Below, piece by piece: positions 1 to 12,500 of a stretch of DNA of 64,000 nt. The notes below the pieces were generated by a model, which worked only from the letters and a program-made list of their open reading frames with translations, did no database searches and was not told the DNA's origin. A program made the translations under genes and the position numbers. This DNA comes from Basidiobolus meristosporus CBS 931.73 (taxonomy: Eukaryota; Fungi; Basidiobolomycota): assembly GCA_002104905.1 (NCBI GenBank), contig MCFE01000109.1, positions 104,489-168,488 of the forward strand, read 5' to 3'. Within the stretch, counting starts at the first letter, position 1, and each line of letters opens with the position of its first letter.

Positions 1-1294
1 AAGCTTAGCAAGTTCATTCTTGAGTGTCTGGAAGGCAGTCTCACAAGCTATGTCCCACTTGTAGGTATTGTCTTGCTTGAGGATATCAGTTAAAGGGGCT
101 GCAATACTTGCAAAAGACTTGACAAATCTCCAATAATAGGAAACCATTCCAAGGAATGATCTGAGTTCTGATATGCTATGGGGCTGCTTCAAATTCTTGA
201 TAACTTCAACCTTCTTAGGGTCTAAGGTCACTCCTGTGCTAGTCACCATGTGTCTCAGGTATTCAAGGTGTTCCTTGAAGAATTCACACTTGGCTAGCTT
301 GCCATATAGCTTGTTCTCTCTTAGCTTCTTCAAGACCTTTTCAATGTGCAACACATGATCCTCTTCTGTCTTGCTGTATACAATATGTCATCCAGGTAGA
401 TTATCACAAACTTGTCTAAGTACTCCTGAAAGACAGTCTGCATCAGTGTCATGAATGTTGCAGGGGCATTGGTGAGGCCAGAACTCATGACTAAGTACTT
501 GTAATGTCCATATCTGATCCTGAATGCTGTCTTAGGGATATCTTCTGGTTTCACCCTAATCTGGTTGTATCCTGACATGAGGTCAATATTGCTGAAAATA
601 GTAGACTTGTTCCATTGTACTGTGCCAGGGCGCGCGGCGCAATCCGCGGTTGCAAAGAACAATTGGGCGCGATATTATAGCTACCAGAAGGCAGGATCGT
701 TCTTGGACAATCTCGCACACTATGGCACAATCTGACACAATGAGGTTGGCGCGGATGATCGCGCCAACTCGTAATGCTTGCATCACATGCGTGATTGGAT
801 ACCTCTATAATGGCAGGTAAAATCCGGTATTTGGATATGTTTCTTTAATGTAAATGGAAATAAATGTGTATCACACTATAAACTACACTGATACTTACCA
901 TTTTGGTTACCCTCACTCCAATTGGATGGTATCTCAGTGGTTAATTGGTCCAAAAGTATCCTGAAGCTGGCAGCCCCCAATTGGCTCATTGACTACTGAA
1001 AAAGCTACCTGATTCGCCATAAAATATCCCATTTAGCCCATTGAGCAAGTAAATCCCTGATCCTAGTGATTGGGCAAGGTGTCATAGCTAGCACGCAAGC
1101 AATCGTGTAGGTGCAAAACAGATCCAATAGCTGCACTGGTATTACAGATGACATATATATATGGAGGGTGTTGATTTATAGGGGTTCTGTCTCAAATGTG
1201 AGATGACCTTGATATTACTTATATCAAAAATTTGATGATCACTGATTTGCGATGGCTCGATTTGGATCGCAAAAAAAAAGGGTTGTTGGGATCA

Positions 1295-2464
1295 TTACGA
1301 ATGTGAGCAATTCAAAGCAATCGCATCATCTTCTCCTGGGTTTTTTCTCACAGGGATTACTACTGAAGCATTTGGTAGTGACTCACTTTGCACACCTATA
1401 CTACTTCCTGGCTGACTATCATCTTGGCTACTTGTGTATTTGTAGTCAGTATTTTGCCTCCTAGTTGATGAGTGCGATGCTGCAGCTTGGCCACGCTGAA
1501 TCGCTCCAACTGAACCAACTGAACCGGCCTGTAGTGCCACGCGCTGACGCGTTCTTTTACTTGCCAAGGGCTCCGGTGGTTGAGTCACTTCATGTTGGTC
1601 ATCATCAGTCAGTTCACCAGAAGTAACTCGCTGATGGTCAGGCAAAACGGCACGCGCAGGCGCGCCTTGACGCGTTGAGATGGCCCTTGGCTGAGTTTGA
1701 TGTGATGCTGCATGTTGACGTGACTCGGTCCGCTCTAATGGACTTGTGTCTAAATGAGCAGTTTGGCGAGTTCTGGTAGTTTTGCTCTGAAGCGCGCACG
1801 TTGACCCAACGCGGGGCGTTCTGGTAAAGGGTGTTGGCATAGTCTGGACTGACATGCGCCGGCACGCTGTGGTTGCAAGAGATGGTAGGGAATCCAGCAA
1901 GGCGTGCTGGCGCGATCTGGACAATGTTGCTTGCGGTCTGTATTCTTCCTCCTGAAGCTCACCATCTGATTCCTCAAGGTATTCACTTACCCTCTGTCTG
2001 ATACTTTGGAGCTGTTGCCTGGATGAGTCCTGTGTATATTGCTCTTGGAAGCCACTTAGCTCTACTAATATATCACGTAGTACATTAGTCATTTGAGGCA
2101 AAAACTCATTCAAAATCTCTTTGGTTCCCAAAGTTGAGGCACAAACGGACGCATCCGGCCCGTACTGTGCAAATTGCGCGCAGAATCGTTTTTGCGTGGC
2201 TTCCTTGTCAAATCCCCTCACTCTCAGCTCATTCTTGATTTCAATACTTGTCTTGTTATATATCTTTTTACATACATCGGCTGGCATCGTGATGTAGAAC
2301 TCATGCCACAGCTTTCTACTCAAATTCTTCCATCTTTGTCGACTCTCTGAGGTATCTAGTTCTGCTAGATTAATCAGTAGTGCCCAAATATCTGTATGAA
2401 GGCTCATCATAGACACTTGGGCCATACTAAAATCATTTGGTGAGAACTCAAACGGATCCAACAT
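1295..2464 (-). CDS. Transposon accessory ORF (389 aa), possible Myb/SANT-like N-terminus and low-complexity S/T/R/Q C-terminus
   Basis: Open frame inside the TIRs and homologous to the broken ORF at 20865-23121. RQRWKNL resembles a trihelix/SANT motif, and Harbinger-type elements carry such a second ORF. The domain call is weak. Confidence 0.6.
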   Translation of the reverse strand: MLDPFEFSPNDFSMAQVSMMSLHTDIWALLINLAELDTSESRQRWKNLSRKLWHEFYITMPADVCKKIYNKTSIEIKNELRVRGFDKEATQKRFCAQFAQYGPDASVCASTLGTKEILNEFLPQMTNVLRDILVELSGFQEQYTQDSSRQQLQSIRQRVSEYLEESDGELQEEEYRPQATLSRSRQHALLDSLPSLATTACRRMSVQTMPTPFTRTPRVGSTCALQSKTTRTRQTAHLDTSPLERTESRQHAASHQTQPRAISTRQGAPARAVLPDHQRVTSGELTDDDQHEVTQPPEPLASKRTRQRVALQAGSVGSVGAIQRGQAAASHSSTRRQNTDYKYTSSQDDSQPGSSIGVQSESLPNASVVIPVRKNPGEDDAIALNCSHS

Positions 2465-2916
2465 TGACTTTTACAGTCCGGACCGTGCTTGTGAGCTGGG
2501 GGATGGGTTTTGTCTGGGTTGTACTAAAGATGAGTTGAGGCTTGGTATGGGGACCATAGCAATGGATTTGGATACTTATACAGCAGTATATTGGCATCAA
2601 CCTGGTCTTATATGAAATATATATGAAAACTATAGTAATTGTTGAATTTTCCATATATTATGCATGATGCATCTCGGATCGTGTTGACACGGATCAGATC
2701 ACATCAATCACAGATTTCCTATTTGATTATACACCTATGATTAAAGCATCAATAAAAGTACCAAGGCATTGTTTGCGGATGATTTTTGCGACATAATGAT
2801 GGGATACATGGCAATTGATGGAGATTTAACCATAATGTGTTAAAAATCAGATAAATAACGCAGATTGCGCCAAATCAATTCAAACCGCCTCCATACAATC
2901 ATCCATCAATTTTAAT

Positions 2917-3801
2917 ATGACTTACTCATCTGAATGGTCTTTTCTCATCAATCCCATCACTACCACTGGATTTCCTTTTGACACACTGGAGGATATCTAT
3001 TCCAAGTACTGTGGACCATCAACCCCAATCTACTCAAGGAGATCCCTTGTTAAGCTTCTCTGCTATTACAAGAACTATTGCCCTACAAGGTTTCATCCCA
3101 CCATCCATGGCAACAAAAGTCCTAGAAGCTTTCATTCCCAGCTGACAGCAATGGAGAACCACCTTGCAGAGGGTATGAATGACTTAGAGCAAGCTTGGAA
3201 TACTAGGTTCAGAAGCTCCAATAGACTTCCATATCCCAGAGTGTTCAGCAACAGGTTCCATATCAGGAGTATTTTGGATACCTTCCCAGTGAGGATTAAC
3301 AGATCTTCTAGAGGGCAGAGGCACTTTTATTCTGGCAAGTACAAGGCACACTGTGTGAAGTTTCAAGCACTGTCTGACATTGAGGGTAACATCATCTGGT
3401 TTAGTGGGCCATTTGCTGGAAGTAGGCATGACAAAGCACTCTGGGTAGAGAATCATCCTGAATTCAGTAGAGGGGAGAAATGTATGGTAGACTTGGCCTA
3501 TATAGGAGAGGATTGTCAGAGATTAGGATGTATTACAGCTTATAGGAAGCCAAGGAATGGTGTGCTTAGCAGGAAGCAGAAGCTCTACAATGAGATATTT
3601 AATCATTTCAGAGTAAGGGTAGAGCACACATTTGGATATCTGAAGAGATTCAGCATATTGGCAGGTAAATACAGAGGAAAGTCATATATAGGTGAAAACA
3701 GCAGAATAGGTAAAATAGTTAAGATACTTATTAATGCACAGTATGTTCATACAAGAAGACATCCACTGAGAGAAATGTGTCTGGAGCATTATGAAGAGTA
3801 A
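2917..3801 (+). CDS. DDE transposase (DDE_Tnp_4/IS5-Harbinger type), 294 aa
   Basis: Motifs ILDTFPV, FYSGKYKAHCVKFQ, GPFAGSRHD, DLAYIG, YRKP and RVRVEHTFGYLKRFSIL. Confidence 0.92.
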   Translation: MTYSSEWSFLINPITTTGFPFDTLEDIYSKYCGPSTPIYSRRSLVKLLCYYKNYCPTRFHPTIHGNKSPRSFHSQLTAMENHLAEGMNDLEQAWNTRFRSSNRLPYPRVFSNRFHIRSILDTFPVRINRSSRGQRHFYSGKYKAHCVKFQALSDIEGNIIWFSGPFAGSRHDKALWVENHPEFSRGEKCMVDLAYIGEDCQRLGCITAYRKPRNGVLSRKQKLYNEIFNHFRVRVEHTFGYLKRFSILAGKYRGKSYIGENSRIGKIVKILINAQYVHTRRHPLREMCLEHYEE

Positions 3802-5699
3802 ATAAAGCAAGGAAAGCACTATTCTGAGCAACATAAGTAAGATTGAGTAAAATTACCAGTAACTGTATCATACCACTGGCATCATGGTAGAAATTATAGT
3901 GCCAGATAGTGCCGTAGAGTGCCAGATTGATCCGGCACTGTAAACCGGCTGGCACTATGTGGCACTATCCAACGGAACAAGTCTAGTGACTCCATTAAGT
4001 TGGTCCAAAAGCTCATCAATCTGAGGTATGGGTACTTATTCTTGACGGTAACTGAGTTCAGGGCGTGTAGTCAATGCACATCCTAAGTGTTCCATCTTTC
4101 TTTTTCACAAAAAGCACTGGTGCTCCCCAGGGTGATTTGCTGGGCCTGATGTACCCTTGCTCCAATAGCTGATCAATTTGTCTCTTCATTTCCTCCTATT
4201 CCAATGGACCCATTCTGTAAGGTGTCTTGCTCACCGGAGGGCTATCTCCTGTGTCAATGGCATGATCCACATCTCTGACTGGTGGTAGGCTTACAAGCTC
4301 ATCTGGAAACACATCTGAATATTTCTTCATGAGAGTCTGGACATGCTGGGGTGCTGGGGTAGAGGTATCCTCCTGTAAAACCGCCATGAGGAACATCTGA
4401 GTTCCTTTTCTAAGCGCTCTACAGAACTAGGTCTTGCTAAGTTCACTTGTCTCACACACACTGGAATTGACCAAGTTGAAATCCAGCCTGGCAGGCAATA
4501 CCTAATATGTCTTGTAGTCTTTTTTGGATCTGAGTAGCATGTGTTCTCCAGTTGATTGATGGATTACAACAAAATAGCCAGGCTTTTCCAAGTACAAGGT
4601 CAAACTTGCAGTTCCCAAGTATATAAGCCTGTAGGTCTTCTTCATAGTGATTGATCTTCATTCTTGCTGGCTGGGTAATACGGTTGATTATGTGAGAGTT
4701 CCCATCAGCTGTGGAGACTGAAGTTGATTTGGTAGGTTCCAAGTTGATTCCAGCTTTCAGAGCAGATTGCTCTGACATGTACTCATGCAATGCTCCTGAG
4801 TCAATCATGATCATGGCAGGTACTCCATAAATTACTCCAATCAAGTATAATAGCTTTCCTGAGTTTGAGGTCATCTGGGATAGGTATTCTTCTGTCATGT
4901 GGAAGGTGAGTTCTGAGTCTTCTTCAAGCTCATCTTCCACATTGCTGTGTTCATGGGACTCAATATGGTTGAAGGTTCTTGTTGGCTGGTGTCCAATTCT
5001 TCTCTAAGGGCAGTACTTTGCAATATGTCACTGCTGGTGGCAATTGAGGCAAAGTCCTTTCTTCTTGCATTCTTCTGAGGTAGAATTCTTCTGCATAGCA
5101 TCTATTTCCATTGGTACTGCTACTGACTGTCTTCTTTCATAATGATTGTAGCCTTTCTGATTAGTCACTGTAGGCTTCACAACTCCAAACATAGCTGAGT
5201 CATAGTCAATTGCAATCTTGATGGCTTCTTCAATAGTCTGAGGTCTTTGGTAATTCACTTCCTTGCAAGTTCTTTCTTTCAACCCATCAATACAGTATTC
5301 AACTTGATCCAAGGGGTCCATTCTTTCAATTTGTCCAAGTAGACATCTGTACTCATAGATGTATTCTGCCAGGTAAGAAGCTGAATCATGCAACTTGCTT
5401 TCTGAAGCAATTCCCTCAGCCTTAAATGCTTCTTCAATCTGAAAGAGCAAAGTTTCCAGGTTTTCAATGACTCTGCCATGGTACCGGTTGACCTTCACAC
5501 TAAAGTTGCTCTTGATATGGCTTTGCTGGCTCTGAGCCATGGTAGTCATTCCTTGTTGCTGTTGGTTTAGGATCTGGAGTAGCTGTTGCTGTTGGGCAAG
5601 GATTTGCTGCATGGCATTCTTCCATTCTTAATTGTCCGACATCTTGAGGGTGGTTCTTGTTTCTTCAGGAGGGAGGTTTCTGGTTTTTGCTGCTACCAA

Positions 5700-6561
5700 T
5701 GTTACAAGTCTTGGTATAAGAGTTGTAGAGGAATAGGGAGTTTAGCTAGTATTGTATTCACTAAAACTTGGACTAATTGATTTGACTAAAAACTGATCTT
5801 ACTTAAATATTCAAGCAGCAGATCATAACAAGCATCTTCAAACTAGATATGAAACAAAACCTACTACCTTAATCTGGAAGCCTTACCATATAAGGCTTGT
5901 AATCCTAACTTGACTTCATGTTGTAGCAGCTTTGACTCAAAGAGTTGACTGGTAAGGAGCTTGTATGGCTCATGTTGAGGTATATTATTTTACAGCTGAA
6001 TTAACTGGTTTTTCCACTTTGTTGATACAATAATGCTGGATAAATAGGTGCTATGCTCTAGCATTATGGGAGGAAATCATTGCCAGAGATATAGGCCCCC
6101 ATCTACTTATATAATTACTACTACAGTAGGATGGCTATAAACCCTATGAAGAATTAATGCAATGATCCTGTGGAAAGGCTGTCATAGAGCTAAAATCTCA
6201 TGACTAAGAGGTATTGATCCCATTGGGGCATGATGTAATGACCATTGGAGCAAAAATTTCACCCAAGATTTCTCAAGAAACCTGGTAAGAAGTTTCATCC
6301 ATCAATACATTAGTGGCTTCTCCTTGTCTTCCTGGCAATTCTCTCACTCTCTGTTACCAGACACTCCATCATATCCTATGCTTGTATGCATTACTTGGCT
6401 ATTGTCACTTTTTCACCCTCCTCACTTCCAGACTCCACAATGCAATAACTTTTCATGCATACAAGTTGGTTTATTTTGGTTTAAACTTCAGTTGTGCCTC
6501 AATTAGCAATTATAATAATAGGTACAAGTCCCAATACCCAATACTGACATTATGTCGTACA
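5700..6561 (-). mobile_element. 5' LTR of the gypsy element; PBS TGGTAGCAG follows at 5698-5690
   Basis: The minus strand reads ...TGTAACA|TTGGTAGCAGC. The U5 end is homologous to 14520-14586. The far boundary (TGTACGAC at 6561) is tentative. Confidence 0.6.
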
Positions 6562-6649
6562 CCATGCTCAGTTGGTAACTCTGCAGATATACAGCACTAA
6601 TAAGTATTTATGCTATAAAAGTCTTTTTCTGTGTCTATGGGAAGATTGG

Positions 6650-8860
6650 TATGGCTTTATGCCCTTTTTTAATCACTGATACCCATACATCCTGGTCTTC
6701 ACCTGGCACTTCATAGTCAATCATCTTATCTGCCAGTTTTTGCAATAAATCCTTGTAATATTCAAGTGTGTTTTCCTGAGAACTGCTCTAGAAGAAGTGC
6801 TGCAGCCTCTGGGTGCACCTATTGATGCTGCAAAACTCCATTTTAGGCACTGGAATAGTCTTTTGGGATGTTGGCATTGTTTCTTTGTCTGGCAGTGAGA
6901 TCTCCACTCTATCCACAATGAAGAAATTGGAGACAGTGACAGACAAACAGCCTTTCACTGTAAGCTCATCTACCTCACTGAAGTGCAGCTCAACTGGATG
7001 TACTTCACTCTTGTGAGCAGAGCAGCTTTATTGTTGGTAACTCTTGGTGGCAATTATGGGATGCAACCCATTCTAGGCTGATAGCACTACTTGCTGAGAG
7101 TTGCAGCATTTTGCACATTTCTTTGTCACTGGCTTGGGGATACTTTCTTTTCAGTGTCTTTACTTTTATCACTACAAGGTTTTACACTGCTACTTTGCCC
7201 AAGTGCTTCTTGTATTGTTCTACATTTTCCCTTTGATAAATGCTGCATTTGTGCATCTGTTTCTGCCTGCTTGCTGCTTGCTGGCACCTTCCTGGCCACC
7301 AGACTTTGTTGCCTTCTTCTATAGAGCTTTGAGCCCCGCTTGTAACAGACTATTGTGAGTGTCATAGGCTTATCACTATCAGGTCCTTTTCTACTACTTT
7401 GAATGAGTGCTTATTGTACTGGACCAAGTTTTCTTCTTGATAAATGCTGCACTGAGAAAATTGTCTGCTTGCTTGTCCCCTTTCTGGCAATCATCTGTCT
7501 ACCTAACTTTTTTTCCACTTGTTTGGAGCTTTCAGCCTTGCTTGTAATGAGCTCTTAAAGAAGCTGTTGGTTTTTTGCTGTGGCACTCCTGTTCATGTGC
7601 CTTGTATAGTTTCTGCTATTCCTGAGCTACTTTCTTAGCATAACAGAGCTGACCCAAGATCTGTTTGCCTGCTTGAATCTAGGATAATAGTAATGGAACC
7701 AATCAAGCACATTTGGCTTGACCTTGAGCTCCTGATGGTCCATAGTATGCTGGCCTTATGGTATTGCTGTGCTAGACTTGTGATAGCCCTTTGAATATCA
7801 GCCAACCCCTCATCATTGTACTCAGCGGCTTGACAGATCTTGAGTGTTTTTTGATTTTTGGGCTTGAGTGTAATAGCTACAGTCTCTCCCTCCCATGATG
7901 TAATAGAATTGTCTCTTGGCTTCATCTTCAGGCATTGTTATTGCGCTTCAAAGACTTTAAGGTGATCTGTAGTAATGCAAAGTATTCTATTAGTACAATA
8001 GACTTGTTCCATCATTCCAGCTGATCATAGTGCCCAATAGTGCCATGACATGCTAGATGGTGCCTGATCATGCCACAGTGTGCCAGATGGTGCCATACAG
8101 TGCCAATTTGGGATCTAAATTGGCATGCATATGACGCTAAAATACTAAATTAATAGCAAATATACAGCAATTTCTGGCACTATGATCAATGGCACAATGG
8201 AACAAGTCTAATATCTCAAAACCAATATTGCACTCATTTCTTTATTTTGCTTTTGCTATTGTAATACACAGGTGAAAGATAGAGAATTTACAACTTTGAA
8301 GGACAAACACTCCAGACTCTGAGAAGCAATCAACCCAATAATATTATGTCATACAGAACACGCAGTAGCCAACACATACTTCAAATTGCAGCTCACTTGA
8401 AGCATTACTTAAGGAGTTATGACCAAAAGAGTCCAATTATTATATATACTAGGACTCAATTGCTAGAATAACTATGGTGACTTTGATTGCATGTAACTTT
8501 TGAGTTAGCCAATCAAATCACATGAGATCTTCACAGGTGCGGCGCCTATGTCTAATCTGCACCACAGCAGGATTTTAGCGTTGCATCATGTGTATTGCCT
8601 GTGCAACCACCCAAAAACTTGGATCCTTCAGAAATTTCATATATATGACCTCTCCAGCTAATAATTAAAAAGAGAGCCTCTCTTTCCAGAATCTCCACAC
8701 TACAATTACAAGCTTAAATGTTATAGGACATCCCCTGCATCACTTGCACTGTTGAGTATTCTGACTTTGATTGGTACTACATCAGTAAAGAGACTGCAAA
8801 GCTCACAAGAATCCAATCTAAGTACTATATGAAATGACCACTTTTCTGCTGGAAAAGTCC
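6650..8860 (-). mobile_element. Unclassified degenerate repeat element, copy A
   Basis: Collinear homology with about 11600-13530, with a shared degraded peptide (KN.KTLKI..A..N...Y.KASILW). Confidence 0.6.
8000..8209. mobile_element. 210-bp MITE of the Pangu-like family
   Basis: TIR AGACTTGTTCCAT...ATGGAACAAGTCT; TSD AAT (7997-7999 and 8210-8212). The empty site TACAATATCTCAAAACC is visible in the paralog at about 12918. Confidence 0.92.
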
Positions 8861-8861
8861 G

Positions 8862-9075
8862 CTCTAAGAAACCCCTCTACTCTGATGACACTCCTTTAGG
8901 CACCCCTTTAGAGACCCTATTAAGAAACGCCTTTATTCTAAAGAAGCCCTTTTAGGCACCCCTTTAGTGTAAAGTTCACTTTAGAGACCACTACAATAAG
9001 CCCCTTTACTCCAAAGACACCCCTTTAGGTCTAAAGACCGCTTTAGGGACTTCTACTACACACCCCTTTAGGTTA
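8862..9075. repeat. Imperfect array of CCCCTTTAG-like motifs
   Basis: About 8 degenerate units such as CACCCCTTTAG, GCCCCTTTAC and ACTCCTTTAG at irregular spacing. Confidence 0.7.
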
Positions 9076-9549
9076 AAGTGGAGTTCAGAACTTCCATATT
9101 GAGAATTATTATCTCAGAAAGGAAAGTGACTTCCAAATAGGGAAAAGTTTCTATAAAAGTAAATAAGCCTATTGGTTGACAGAAGATCAGAACACTGCTG
9201 TAGCAGTGAGAAGCACTGCCTATAATGTATATTGAGCCTAAGATTGAGGATTTAGTTAAAGTTTTATCTTGTATCAGTATATCAAACTTCTGATAAACTA
9301 TTTGGTATTAGCATACTGGAAGTTTTTTTATATTGTTGATTAGCACCTACATTGTGGAACCAGCCCCAAACTAGTCATAATATCACACAATAGATCATCT
9401 AGTTTTACATTAGGAATTGGTTCAATTAATGGCTGTGTCATTGAGATACTTGAGTTCCTTCTTTGCAGCCTAAAATCTATATTTCCTACCAGTGATATTG
9501 TTTGCTCTACACATATTATCCACTCATCCTGTCTCTGGACTATTTCCAG

Positions 9550-12500
9550 ATTTCTCTGGGCATCACTTCTATCTTATTAGCAACAGCACCTAATTGCCTC
9601 ATTAATACTTTGGTATAATCTGACAACATACTTGCTAATATTGGCAGTGGTATTGTTATGTAGGTCATATACAGGTCTCCCACCAAAGGTACTGTATTTG
9701 CTACATGCTCATCTGCCTGATCATTATGATGAGCTTGAGGCTCCTCAGAGGTTCTTGGTTGCCTTCTCAACTGGGAGTGAGAGATTTCTTATCATATCCT
9801 GAGGTAGGCATGCTGTCAACATAGCCTTTTCTAGATGTAGCCCTGCTTGTTGCACTGAATGTCATAGTAAGCTGTTATTGAGCCAATCCTCTGTAGCTGT
9901 TAGCAGTGCTGCCTGTTAGGGAGCCAGAATACTTTGCATTATTTTGTGGTGGTAAGCATAAGGAAGGGAGCAAACTAAATGGGAAATTGAATATGTATAC
10001 ATATGCAAGCAGGGCCACTACTTTATTTATACTGCTTACTCTGGTAGGTCATCATCAAGTCTTGCATTCAGGTAGGTGTGATATCTCAAATACAAGTCTG
10101 TATTTTGTTGACATGAGTGTAGACAAAAAAGTGAAATTGTGGCATTATATTAGCTATTATTAGTCTGTCTGTCCATAGTCAATACTACTTTGACTCAACC
10201 CCATAAGAAATTGGAAAAACAACCAAGTGGCTATTGCAAAAAGGTACTCAATCATGAACCATGCAGACAGCATAAAAAGTATTACTTGAATCATGGCCAG
10301 TGTATTGCCACAAAAGTTGCATATTAGCATTCATCAGTCACTTCTGCACTAACAGTACTTTGCTGGTCACTTGACATCTCTGTAATAGCACCCAGTCATA
10401 CTTATGACCTTGCACAATCCAATTTGGGAGAGTTTGTGATGCCTTTTGGCTCACCTCAGCAATTGAAATATGGGCTGTAGAGCAATAGACCTGAAGAAGA
10501 AGGCTCATTGCTGAATGGTAAGCCTATCTCCCGTTACAACAGCACTCTGTGTGAACCCAGCAAAATTCCAGTACACAAAGCAATAGCACCCATGGATTAA
10601 TGCCAAGAACACTCTACCAAGCCAAGTGTGCTAAGTAATCTATGTTTGGTCTAATGATGCAATGCAGTTTTTAGATCAGTGGTGTACCTCTACCAATATC
10701 AGTAGTGGGGCATTGAGGTTTTACTGCTACTTCTTGCCAAAATTGTTTGGGGATGCAGCTCACCATGTAATTGATAGAAGCAAAAACTTTCATGTAGCTG
10801 GCTGCATATGACCCAGAGACTGATCTGATACCAGCATATGTTAGCATCTGCATGCCATTCACATCAGAAAATGCCACCATTGCAAGGTGTTCAGCTGGTC
10901 AAGAATCCACCACCATAAGAGGAAAATATTGCTTGCACTCCAGATATATTCCAGTACCACTGCATCTAGAGAAGCTCATGCAGTCTGACAAATATTGTGA
11001 AGCTATAAACCCTATGAAAATAACTGTAATGATCCCATCAAAAGGCTTTCAACAAATGAAAGTCCCATGACTTGGTGGTATTGGTCTCATTAGAACACTA
11101 TATAAATATCATTAAGAGAAATTTCTCAGCACATTCTGCAAAAAACATGGCCAAAATGTTTTATCACAGCAATATATAAGTGGCTTTTGATTGGTTCTTG
11201 GCCAATTCTCTCTCTTTCTGATCCTAGACACTTAATCACCTCCTAATTTTGTGTACATTGATTGGCTATTACCCTTTTTCACACATTTTACTTCCTGACT
11301 CAACCAATACTCTAACCTTTCATTCATACAAACTGGCTTATATCCATTGAAACTTCAGTTGTAACTCAATTCCCAGTTGCATGACCTGTACAAGTCCTTT
11401 CACCCAATATTGACATTAAGCCCAACTCCACTCTCAATAAGGTACTCCATTTATATCTACCATTCAATAAATACCTCTGCTGTAACACCCATCTTCTATT
11501 ACCTTTGCAGAAACCTAACAACCATATGCCATTTTTTATTATCTGCTTACCATAGGTCCTGTTCTTCAGCCAGCACTGCAAGGTCTAACTTGTCATCTGC
11601 CAGTCTATGCAATAGTATTTGTAATATTCAAGCTTGTTTTGTTGACCACTGCTCTTGAAGAAGTTTTACAACCTCTTGGTGCACCAATGAATGTTCCAAA
11701 ATTTTATTGCAGGCATTATGATCATCTTTGAGCTCATGACCTTGTTGCTCTGTCTGTGAGTAGGATCTCCACTCTGTCTACAATGGAGGATGTGGAGGAA
11801 CTGGTAGTCATTTTCCCTTTCCTTGCTAGCTCATATACCTTACAGGAGTGTAGCTTAACTGGCTGCACTTTCAACTCTTAGGAAAGCAGAAGTGGTCTTG
11901 CTGGTAATTCTTCTTAGCTATTATTGGACTCAGCATGTTCTGGGCTGATGTTATAACTGGCAAGAACTGCAGCTTTTTCTCACACTTCCTTGTCTAGAGC
12001 TTGATTAAACACTTTTCACTTTACCTTCTCCTCCAGCACTGCCAGGTCTTTCACTGCTAACATAAAGGAGTATCTCTTAACTGAGGCTGCACTGGTTTCT
12101 CAACAAATCCTCACTGTTGCATGCATTTCTACCTGGTTGCCCCTTATTTTCATTGGTCTGGCTACCTGACATATCTTTGCCACTTGCTTAGAGCAACTGG
12201 CACTGCTTGTAACAGGTACTTGCAGAAGCTTTTGGCTTTTAGCTGTGTCACCCTTGTTCTTCTGCTTTTGATAGTTTCTACTATTGTTGCAATACCATAT
12301 TAGCATACCAGTGCTAGCCCAAAATCAGTTAGCTTGTCTGAGTCCGATATAATGCCATGGAGCAGGTCAAGCCTGTTTTGCATGACCTTGAGTTCCTGAT
12401 AGTCCCATAGTATGCTGGCCTTGCGGTAATGCCATGTCAGCTTTCTTACAGCCTCCTTATTATTAGACAACTCTTAAGCGTTGCACTTGGTAGCTTTGCT

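Larger units (their letters stand above)
603..3984 (+). mobile_element. PHIS-superfamily (Pangu-like) DNA transposon, copy 1, apparently intact, 3382 bp
   Basis: TIRs AGACTTGTTCC...GGAACAAGTCT; 3-bp TSD AGT (600-602 and 3985-3987) whose removal restores the gypsy RT frame; two divergent ORFs; subterminal GTGCCA/TGGCAC repeats. Confidence 0.92.
1..5699 (-). mobile_element. Degenerate Ty3/gypsy LTR retrotransposon internal region (gag, protease, RT), interrupted by a DNA transposon at 603-3984
   Basis: gag-like ORF 5028-5612; aspartic protease motif MIDSGA in 4452-4940; RT motifs PIPQIDELLDQLNG at about 3990-4030, continuing as IFSNIDLMSGYNQIR...KTAF...GLTNAPATF...YLDDIL at about 360-600. The reading frame joins across the insertion. 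Frameshifts and stops are present. Confidence 0.9.
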
